Part shown: positions 42,801-54,800 of the stretch, one piece after another
How positions within the stretch are numbered: the first letter of the stretch is position 1
Layout: the number at the start of each line of letters is the position of its first letter
Origin: Bugula neritina
Lineage: Eukaryota > Animalia > Bryozoa
Length of the DNA stretch: 64,000 nt
Direction: 5' to 3'
Assembly (NCBI GenBank): GCA_964035545.1
Contig: OZ037771.1
Span: 7,597,190-7,661,189, forward strand
Notes under the pieces: generated by a model
The model's input: only the letters and a program-made list of their open reading frames with translations
What the model was told of the DNA's origin: nothing
Databases searched by the model: none
Translations under genes and position numbers: made by a program

Positions 42801-45800
42801 TTTACCGAACACGGAATTATTCATTAGCTTAAAAAAATCTTTTTCAAAATCGCTTCGAGCTAAAGTTCTTAGTTCGGTATTTAATTTTATATATTTTTCT
42901 AACTTATTCGATTCGTTAAAGGTTATACCTCTATGAATTTTCGTTAATTTTAAGCCATACATAAGGCATTGTTTTAACGCCTCGTAATGTATAATATAAT
43001 TTTTTTTATTATTTAAGTTTGGCACTAACTTTTCTACTTTGTTAATCGTTAACCTTTCGGGGCAAAATGGATAATCTTTATGCGAGTCGTGTAACTCTTT
43101 AGAATATTCTAAGTCTACTTCCAAGAAGCTAGGCGGAAAATTTAAACTTTTTTCCAAGTTTTTACATCGCTTTTCAGTCATCCACTTAAAATTACCCGTA
43201 GGTAAATTTTTGGACATAGCCCAACCGTATAAATTGTTAGCGTCTAAATAAGTAATATAACTGCTAGGCTCGCTAGCGTTATAATTTTCCATGTACTTAT
43301 TATTGGCTTTAGCGTACCTATGACTAATCATACTTACACCACCCCTAATAGCCTTTTCAAAGAAAAGTAGTTGGTTAACGTCGGTAATTGGATCCAACTT
43401 TAATTCGGTAGTTTTAAGCATAGCGTCCCAACTTAAACCCGGGGCCGTATAGTACCAAGCGGGATCTAATTTGTAATATTTTAAACACACGTTTCTAAAG
43501 TTTTCAAAAACGTCGGCTAAATGTAATACATCAACTTTCATATATAAGTTGTGATATTCTTTAAACGTTCTCATATTAAATTCTCGCCAAACGTTTTGAG
43601 CGTGTATATAATCTTCTTCCGAAATATTTTGTTCGGTTAAGCTCGAATAAAACTTTTCTTTAGGTGGTAAAGACGTTTCATCCAACACGCTTAGATTATT
43701 AAAATAATCGTACGGAAATACTCCTTTTCTTAATACCAAGTCTAATTGTTTTTCCTTATAATATTCACCTAAGTGTTTAAAGTCGTCGCGTTTTAAATTC
43801 GCCACTAAACTCGCTAAATTAGAACTCATAAACTTATACGAGTTTAAAAAGCGAATTTCACGCGTAACTTTAATTTTTTCACCTTCTTTATTGGTAAATT
43901 CGTCTACTAATAATTTTTTACTAAAAGATATATATTTTTCTTCGGTATTAGGTATACACGAAGGTTCACCGCCTAAATTTTTAATAAATAAGTGGGCGTC
44001 GTAACCCGACAAGTTATGAATAAATATTGGATAAAATTTTGGAATTTTATAATTTAAATTACAATTTTTATGCGCGGCTCCTCTATAATTTCCGGTTAAG
44101 TGGCAGTGATCTCTTACTCTGTCATTACTTAATTCTTTTTCGCATATATAACAATTTTCGGCTAATTCGAAAGACTTTTGCTCGTCAGTCGTAATTCGCA
44201 TAGTTTTAGCGAATTTATGTTTTTTATAAATATTTTTAATGTCGAGTTCTAATAGTCTTATAAATTGTTCGCCAATATCTTCGTCTTCAGTTTCTTTAGT
44301 ATAACTTCTATAATTACACTCGCCGGTAACGCTTACTATATAATATCCGAAACCCAACGGTTCGTGTTGCTGATATTGGTTAGTATAACTTTCTTTAAAA
44401 TTAGGATTACAGCCTTGTATAGGCTTTGTAAAACATTCAAAATCCGCGTATATTACAAATGGTACTCTCATACCGCGACAATAATGACTAGACTGAAATT
44501 TTATTTTATCTTCTAATTTTGGAAATGTCGTAGTCACGCTATCGTTTTTTAAGCACCAATCTTGATGCTTTTTTAATGATTCGTTAGATCGAAACGAATT
44601 CATACAATTTACGCAAATATGTTTAGCGCTAACGTATAATATACGTATAATGATTTTTTTCGCCATCGGTTATATAAAGTAAATTTATAATTTTATTCTG
44701 ACCGCTAGTTTTTCTCCATAAATTTATCGTATTGCCGTTCCACATAAATACATTAATTCCTATTGAGGGATTAACTTTTTCGAAAGCGTCAATGGATTCT
44801 TTCGTAGCCGGAAATTCTACTCCTTCCCACGATAATTTATTAATGTGCTCTTTATAATTACTAATTCTTTCAATATTTTTATTAACCGGATAAACTCCCA
44901 TTAAAATGGCCCACATAAAGCATTTATCGTCTTTATTTTTTGGATTTATTACGGCTTTCTTTAATTTAATTTCTTTCGGAAGATCAATCCACGATGATCC
45001 GTTAAGAGGTTGATATTTATTAATATTAATTTCCATTTTTTTAATGGCTTTAAACATCCAGCTACTTCCTTTAGCGTTTAATGAAGCAAAATTTTCTTTT
45101 ATACGTTGAATTATTTCATCGTATACTTCATTAATATTTGTAGAAGCTAATATAATTTCGACATTTGATGTAAATGGCATAGTTTCTATAATAATTTCTC
45201 CGGTACTTATATTATGCTTTTTCATTTCGCAATATATAAATATTTTAACTTTTATAGTAGGTTTTAATAATTCTATTACATTTAATTTTACTAGTTTACT
45301 AAACGAATCTATATCGTATCCGGGTAAACCTTTAATTTCATAAGTTTGAAACCAACCGTTAGCGGCTTGTTCTTTAAGTTTAGGCTGATTATATAAAGCC
45401 ATAATTTTATCCTTAATTGGATTTATAATTTTTGTAATTGGCTTTATAACCCATTTTTTTATATTACGCGTAGTTTGTGTAAATATTTCTCGCATAATTT
45501 TTTTTACGGGTGTAGGTATTAACGGGGCTTGTCCTATATTTGGAACGGGTTCGTCCATAGGCGATAATAGCCGTATAAGTTCGGCTTTTTTTAATCGAGA
45601 ATATCGTTTCAATCCTCTTTCTTTAGCTAAAGCTTTTAAAGCTTTTACGGTAATTTTTGTATTGAACTCCATTTATATAATATATTCTTTAATAGTAATA
45701 TCAATTTTTAATATTATTACTTATGTAAAATAAGTAATAATACTGGGCTGTTATACGTCTCTATTTTCTTCTTTTAGTTTATAAGCTTCGCGTTTTAAAA

Positions 45801-48800
45801 TACTTTTTATATAAAAATATCTATTAATGTTAGGAATTTGTTTTCTCGTTCTAAAATTAATTTCTTTAAGAGATATATTATTAATTACTGGTATATATAA
45901 ATATTCGAGTAACGGTGTATATTTTTTTTGTTCGGTTTCAGCTATTAGTTTATCGAGTAATTCAACGGTAAGATCCATATTATAAAATAATAAAATAATA
46001 AAAATCATTTTTTTATATAAATGGATTTTCGACGAGAAAAATTAGAACTCTTAAACGATGAAATTATTAAATTAGAAAACGAATACGAACAAAAACTTAA
46101 TCGTTTTAATTGGCTATCGAAATCGTTAAAAATAATTTCGGGATTATGCGGTACAACGAATTTAATATGCGGCGTTATTATTACGGCGTTAATAAACGCT
46201 AACGTTACTAAACAAACGTTATTACCATTATCTATAATAGTAAGTATAATGAGTGTAATTACTACTTCTATTTCTTCTCAAGACGCTAAATTAATTAAAT
46301 CTACGTTAATGTATTTAGATATATATACGTTTATAAAAGATTCAAAATTAGAAATTAATTCTATGTTATCAAAATTTTTAAGCGACTCTCATATAGACGA
46401 ACAGGAGTATGACGCTATAACCGAAAAATATAAAAATATTAATAACGTAATATTGGATAAAAAAAGCGATATAATAGTCGCTCGTAACAACGTTTGTTAA
46501 TTACTTGCAAAATGCAATTAATTAAAAAAGGGAGTTTAATACAAAAATATCCGTATATTTATATATGTTTTCTTTAACTATAATATTTTAATGTAAAGCG
46601 TCATTTCTTCTTTTTTCTATTTCGTCTTCGGCGTATTTTAATTTAGTAAAGAATGACGGTATTCTAGCCGCCGCGTAATTTATTAAACCTACGTTAAGTT
46701 CTTGAATTATTTCTTTACTTTTGTAAATAGTTTTTATTTTTAATTTTCCATCATTTTCTTTATAAATAATTTCTTTTTTATTATTATAAGTAATTTCTTC
46801 GAGTAATCCGCATTCGTTAGACGAATTAGTCATTTCGTTTAATATATTAAATTTTTTATATATAATTCTTTCTTTAATATCACCGCCTTCGTATACTCGT
46901 TTTTCACAATCATTGTTTTTATATATCGTTTCGGTAATTGGGGTGCCGTCAAGGCTTTTATAAGTAATTACTGTTGCCATTTATATATATTTTCTTTAAC
47001 TATAACAGCATGCCTAAAAGAGGAATGTTTTTAAACGGACTATTCGGACCTAAAATTAAACCTTCGCCTTTTATATAGCTAGAACCTTGTTTTAAATATA
47101 AACCGTTACCCTTCATTAAATTAGACGACGCGACTGGTTTTAAAGTAATAGAACCGTTTAAATTAGGTTCTACGGAACATACGCATCCGCCTTTTTTCAA
47201 ATAAAGACCTTTACCTTTAATAGCTCTTTCAACTCCCGCGCTAGCGGCTCCGGAAAGTACGCCGGGTATAATAGTTTTTAATAGCGTAGGTATTACTCTC
47301 GTAGCTATACCCAATAGAGCTCCTAAAAATCCTCCGCTCATTGACGCGTTAGTTTTTACTAACGACGGAGACATTTCGAGCGTTATATTTTTTTTATTCG
47401 CGTTTAACGCTTTTAAAATATTATCGTTTTGCGTTTTCGTAACGACTAGTTTATCATTTCCGCTTTCGAGAGGCAATTTAATAACGCAACCCTTGCCGCT
47501 TCTATAAGCGTTCATTATTTTTTGTTTTTGCGCCTGCGGCACGTTTCCTATAATTTCGCAATAACCCATTTATATAATACATTAAACTTCTCTTAAATGA
47601 AATCTTATCGAAAGTTGTTCGCCGCTAAGGTCTAATAAATTACCTTTTTGATCGGTTACCGTAACGGTTAACGTCTTAATATATTTAACGTGAACGGGTA
47701 AGTATATTAAATTATGAGGTTTTTCTATTATTTTATATCCCGGACTAACGCTCGGAAAAAATGAATAGATAACGGGTTTATAAGTACCATCGATATAACT
47801 TCCGTTAATACAATCAACTTGTACGTGTATAGCGTTTATATTTAAAATATTTACTATGTTCGTAGCTTCGATATATGGTTGATTGTATATCGCCGCATTA
47901 AAACCTAAAACGTCTCTTAAAGAATTTTCAACGTTAAAATCTATCTGATAATTTGGTTTTAATTTAAGTATAATTCTAAAAGTTACTTTATTAGCTTGCA
48001 AAGTAATACCGTTTCTATTACCCCCCTCTTTTACTATTTCGTCTTGAATAGCTTCTTCTAATTGATCTAATTCGTACACTCCGACTGGTAACGAAACTAA
48101 ATGCCACGTAGTACCACCGTCTTTAGACCATCTATAGGAATTTCTATCGGTACTAATGTTTGGAAAAGAATAAAACGTATCTAAACTAATAAGACACATT
48201 TCGTATTTTTTATTTTTATTTAATTCTATAGGCGGATTAAGTTGAGTAATTATTCTCGTTTTAGTATCGGTAACTCCTATAGTCATCGTTTGTTTAGAGG
48301 CCGTATTATCAGCAATTTCTCTTAAAATTCTATTATCCATTTATATAACTTTTAAATTATTTCCATCGGAACTGAGAGACATAGTTTTATCCGATAGAAT
48401 TAATGCGTAAGCTTGAGTATTAGCCGGCACGTTTTGACTAAACTGAACTCTCAATTGAATGTCGGCTACACTACTTTTAAGAGCTTCGCTTTGCTTACTA
48501 ACGTCTATTACGAACAAAGCGTAAAGATCTTTATATTCCGAAGGTAATACGTTTGAATAAGCGATTAGCTCGTTTATACCGTAATATTCTCCGCAAAACT
48601 TAGAAGCGTCTCCGTACACTCTACTAAACTTCATTTTAGCAAAATCTATATCGTAATCGACTTCGGGATACCGCTCGCTATTTAGCATCGCGTATACGCT
48701 TTTAACGTTAACGTGATCGAATACTGCCGGATTAGTCGTTTGACTTTCATTCTTATCCGTTTGAAAACCTACGATAATATATTTAGGTTTTTCCGTATCT

Positions 48801-51800
48801 CCTCTAGAACCCAAACGCCACGTAAAATTAGTAGTTTGCGGCACCGCGATACTATCACACCATCTAGATCTATAAATTAGGGGTAGTTCTGTTTTACTCT
48901 CTATAATTTTATAAAGTTTATGCTTCATTTCAAAACTAGGCGTTACGTGAGGCATCCACCACGATACTTTATCCAACGTTATTTTTCCCGCGTCTACGCC
49001 GTTAGCTCTAAATATGGCATTATCATTAGTATCACGTACTAGCGTTAATTGATGTTTTATACCGTACAAAACTTTTTCGTAATCGTCGGCGAATCCGAAC
49101 AAATGTCTAAGATCCACTTTAATACTAAAAGTACCTTTAGGATCTGGCTTTTGTATAATATAAATTTGACGCGCGTTAAAACCTAAATTAGCGGCGGCAG
49201 CGGCTGCGGTAGTATCTTTTGACCACAACTGATTAAGACCTCTCGACTTACCGTAGTCGTCGGGATAAGTTAGTAAACCCATCATGGTCGAAGCGTGTCC
49301 GGGATTATTTATATATTCCAAGTCGTGTCCGTCGAGTTGATATCTAATACTTTTAAACAAATAAGCCATACCGTTATTCGTTAACGTTACTAAGTCGGCG
49401 TCGGCGTAAGCGGTTCCGTCATTTTTCGTTAAACGTCCTTCGATAATTAAATAACTTTTACTCGGCTGAACGTACAAATCTTGTTGATTAATAACTATTC
49501 TAATTTCACTGGGAGTATTTAAATTCGTTCCCGTTACGGGTTCGTATTCATGCACCTGATCGCGCTCTACGCTCGTATCGAGTACAATTTTTTGTGTAAT
49601 GTTTAGAGAATCCATTTATTATAGTAAAATAATTTCTTAATAAGCTATAGCTTGTCCGCTTCCTTCTAAAATATTACTTATATTATTATTGTTTAATATA
49701 TTTTTAGTTTGATTAAGCTTTTGTAGTATAGCTTGACTTTTAGCGTTTAACTTTTTTTGTCTTCTTTTTTTAATCGCGTTAACAATTTTTTCACCGGCCG
49801 CGGTACCCGCTTTAGCTATAGCCTTTTTACCTAATTCTCTTACGCTGGAATTACTAGCTATTTTAGTTACTATATTCCTAATGGTATCAAATATTCCACC
49901 ACCGGCGTAGTGTCTTTGTAATCGTTGTCTTTTATCGTAAACGTACATTTATTATACGAGAATACTTTTATAATAGTCACGAGTAATAATTTTCATTCTA
50001 AGTAATTCGTCTAATATAGACACAATTTCGTTTCGTACTCCCGTATTTCCGGCTTTAGCGCTAGAAATTAAAAGTTCGAGTCGTTCTACTAAAGCGTTAG
50101 GATCAGACGATAAATATACTACTCCATCACCGACTTGCCTTTTAGCTTTTTTACTATCGGCGAGTTTCGCTCTCTGAGGATATAATTGTTCCCAAATAGG
50201 TCTAACAATATTTTTCCATTTTTCACTATTTTTATCTATAGGACCGTGTTTACTTTGATATATAGCGCCGCTATTATCGAGTATATTAGCGTAATTCGCT
50301 AAATCATTATCATCGTATCCTATAGGCGTTTTACGCGTTAAAAGACTTAAAAGTCCTCTAGTCGCCGGATATTCTTCGTTGTCAAAAATTATTTTACCAT
50401 CGTTAAAGCTTATAGGTTTTGTACCAATAACGTGTCTATTACCATCCCACTTTACGTTATAAGCGCCGGGTTCTAAGCCAGCTAAAGCGTTTTGAGTAAA
50501 TTCGTCTAAATTTATAACTCCATCCGTTATAGCCGGTTGAACATTATAATTGGGTAATGTAAGCAATTGTTTTAACGCGTCAGTCGTTTGAGCTTGCGAA
50601 GCAATTACGGGTTCAAAATATTTTTCTTGAGCTATAGCGGCATTTAATTCTCGCTCGCGTTCTCGTTTAAAATTTTCTTTTAATTTATTCTTTCGAAAAA
50701 TAAAATCTTGTACGGTTTTATCTCTTTTTATAGGGTCGTGAATCTTTAAGTAACTCATTTATTATATATTAATTTGTGTCTACTTTTTGTGGACACAAAC
50801 ACATTTGTGTCTACTTTTTGTGGACACAAACACATTTGTGTCTACTTTTTATGGACACAAACACATTTGTGTCTACTTTTTATGGACACAAACACATTTG
50901 TGTCCACTTTTGTGTCTAGTGTCCACATTTGTGTCCACTTTTGTGTCTAGTGTCCACTATAATCGTTCTAAAACGTTTAAATTTACCCAAGAGTTTTGAG
51001 AATCGGGATAACCTAACCATTTTACTAAAGCCTTTTTACCTTTCTTTTTAATTACGCGCTCTATTCTATACATTTCTTGACTCGTCTTTTGTAATTCCTG
51101 TTCGTAAAAAGATCCTTGAATTTCTTCTCCACCCGAGTCGGTTAATTTATAAGTAGTCGGATTCGTATATAATATTTTACTTATAGTAAACACCTCCTCC
51201 GTCCATCTAACGGTATAACCTTTTTCAAACGTTCGTTTTTTACGCGGTATACGCACCCTATCGCCTATAGCGAATTTATGTTTAGAAGGCGCTGGTAAGT
51301 TTGGATATAATTTTACGCGTACTTTATTTTCGTTAGAAGGGTCACTAGCTTCAATCGGTGTCATTCCAATAGACGAATGTTTAGTCTCGTTATATCGTTT
51401 TACTAAATCTTTTAGTACGTCTATATATTTATAAGTATTATTAGCCGAAAAATATTTAAACATTCGCTCTTTCATTGTTCTATTCCACCTCTCTACTACG
51501 CTAGACTTTTCTTCATTTTCCGTAGAATATAAGTCTATTAAAGACTTTACGTCTTTGTTATAAAATTCTTTTCCTTTGTCAACCCATAAATGTTGTGGCT
51601 TACGACGAGTTAAAATCGTTTTTAAAGCTAAAGCAACGGCTTTTCCAGTCTTATTTTTTAAAGGTATTATCCAACCGTATTTTGAAAACACGTCTATTAC
51701 CGTTAGTAAATATTTATAACCGTTATTAAATTTAGAGAATTCGGTCATATCAACCAAGTCAGCCGCCCAAATATTATCAATACCCGATACCCAAACTCGT

Positions 51801-54800
51801 CTTTTACGAAATTTTTTTTGTACGGGTTTATGTAGTTCTTCGGCTAACTCGTTCGTCCATCCCCATCCTAAGCGTTTTTTCGCACCTATTATTGCCGAGG
51901 CGAAACGACTGTGTCGCTGTTCGGAGGGCGTAGGATTAGGTATAGCTTTCAGTTCGTCTAGCATATTTTTATCGCATATTTCGTTTCTAGTCTTAGTATC
52001 TTTATTAAGCGCGTAACACACGTCGTGTCTCATGGCTATAGCGTCATCTCGATCTACCGGTTTACTCCATTCTTTAGGAGTCATGTCGTCATTTAAACGC
52101 TTATTTAATTTAGTACCCGGTCCTAAAAAATTATGGCCTGGATAATGCAATTCGAAGGGTAAATTATTTATTAAATTATTCGCTAAACCCGACCCAACGA
52201 ATGTAGTTTTTTTACATCCGCATTGACCGCAATTACCGTAACCCATTAGTCTATTATTTTTACTTACTCTCTTTTCGTAATTAAGAGTTTTTGTTTTAGT
52301 TTTACACTTACAACAATACATTTATTATAATAAATGGAAATAGAAAATCTTTCGTGGAAAAACGAAATTAATCGTAATAATAATCCTTTACTTCCTAAAA
52401 GCATAAGAGGTCTTATCGTTGGAAAGTCTGGATGCGGTAAAACTACGTTACTTTGTAACTTACTATTACAACCTAATTGGCTCGATTACGATAAACTTAT
52501 GATTTACGGTAAAAGTCTTTCTCAACCCGAATATATAAATATGAGAAAGGCTTTCGAACGTAAATTAACTAAAGAAGAAATTTTAAATTTTTTTAAAAAT
52601 AGTGACGCGATAATAAATTCGGGTATAAACGTAAATCGTGTTTTAAAAAATAGTAAAGGTAACGGTAATATAAACGCCGAATTTATCGAATCTAGTGACG
52701 ACGTTTATGATCCTAGCGAATTAGACGTTAGTAATAAAAATTTAATAATATTCGATGATTTAATGTTGGAAAAACAAAAAACTTGCGAAAGTTATTACGT
52801 AAGAGGACGACACAATAACGTCGATTGTTTTTATTTGTCGCAAAATTATTTTAAGCTGCCTAGAAATACTATTCGAGAAAACGCTAATTTTATTTGCTTA
52901 TTTCCTCAAGACGGAAAAAATTTAAATCATATATATCAAGATCACGTAAACGGAGATTTAACGTTAAACGAATTTAAAAACTGTTGTTATAAAGGATGGC
53001 AAAAACCTCACGGCTTTATTACTTTAGATCTTTCTTCCTCAAAAAATAATGGGAGGTATAGACACGGGTTAGACGAATTTTATATACCGTAATAAATGAG
53101 TGTTTATAAATTTGGAAAATCATTAGCGAAAGCTAAAAAAGAAAATTATATCGAAAGAGTCGTAACTAAAAATAATGACGTTTTTATACAATCTTTTAGT
53201 ACAACAATTAATATAGGAATGTTATTGGGATATATAGTGGATAAACCGATAGAATTAAAATACGCTTTATTAGAATTTCAACATCTTCCAGCTAATAATA
53301 ATAATCCTTTATATTGGAAAGATAAAAATTTAACTTTAATTATTGGTGATGTTAATAACCCTCTCGAACACAATACTAAAGAATATATAATTCAAGGAGG
53401 CGTTGCGCGCGTAAAAATACCTATGTTGGAATATATTGAGAGCGATAAAAATATTGGATTAGTATTACACTGCTCAAACGATTATACTAGTCGTAAACCC
53501 AATGACATTACGGTTAATGACAACGCGCCTATAGCTTTACCGTTTGAATTAGTGTCGTTAAAACTTTACTACAATTATAAATGAGTGTTTATAAATTCGG
53601 AGGAAGCGAAAAAACAAAAATAGATACAAAAAAATTCGTTTTAATAAACGGTAGTAGTACTCTTACGGGTACGTTAGATATGGGTGAAAATAAAATATCT
53701 AGAGTTATTAATCCGGTTGACGATCAAGACGTAGCCACAAAAAAATACGTTGACGATACGAGTATGCCTAAAATACAAAACCCTATTAATCAATTAACTA
53801 TATCAACCGACGATGGACGCGTTATAGATAGCGATTTAAAAGTTGACGATGTCGTTACGAAAACTAATATATCTAATTACGCCGTACCTCTTATACGAGA
53901 CCCGAGTGAAAAATTAACCGTATCAACTAATACGGGTAATATTATAGATAGTAGCTTAAGCGTTAGCGATATCGTTACGACTAGTAATATAAATAATTTC
54001 GCTATAAATAAAATACAACCAGCGAATGAAAAATTAACCGTTTCAACTACTTCGGGTAATGTCGCGGATAGTAGTTTAAGCGTTAGCGATGTTGTTACGA
54101 CTAGTAATATAAATAATTTCGCTATGAATAAAATACAACCAATAATCGGAAATAAATTATTAATGCTTTCGAGCGATGGTAATATTGTAGAAACGGGTAT
54201 AAATATTTCGGATCTTATTACAATAAATAATATAAATAATTACGCTATTCCTAAATTACAAGGAGCAGTTGGTAATAAATTAGTATTATCAACGAATGAT
54301 GGAGGTATAACCGAATCTACTGAATCTTTACCAACATTTCCAAGTTATAACGTTTAAACACTAAATTATTATATTCTTAGCGTATAATAATTTATTATCT
54401 TACTAATAGTATCGTATTGTGAGCTAGGACCATCCACCCTAAAAAAATTTTTTTTCTTATTTTAAAAAAAATATTTTTCTAAATAAAATTTATAATATTA
54501 CACTACTTTTTTTATAATATTACTAATAGAGTAGTAGCAGGTGGATGCGTCCTGGATCGCTCTTCTGACACTGTCGAGTCGAAGACTCGACGGTGGAAGA
54601 AGAGTGAGCCAGGACCATCCACCTGCTACTACTTGTATATATAAACTATAGCTGTGTTCAGAACATATTAAATGTAGTTGATTGTTTTACTCCATATTTC
54701 ACTACATCTAAAAATATAGAACTTTATCTCACAATTTTAGCAACTCAAACAACTTCTAAAGCACGGATAATACACTAGAAGGAACGGAGATAAAACTAAT

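Larger units (their letters stand above)
39651..54633. mobile_element. Full-length Polinton/Maverick (adintovirus-like endogenous virus), 14,983 bp
   Basis: AGTAGT...ACTACT termini; 6-bp TSD TGTATA at 39645-39650 and 54634-54639; empty site in copy 1 at 18861-18866; encodes pPolB, rve integrase, packaging ATPase, cysteine protease and capsid-like proteins. Confidence 0.97.

Noticed and set aside
50772-50958. CRISPR-like array of palindromic 31-bp repeats
   Set aside because: No unique spacers, no cas genes, eukaryotic viral context; the ORF 50787..50999 is only a translation of the repeat.
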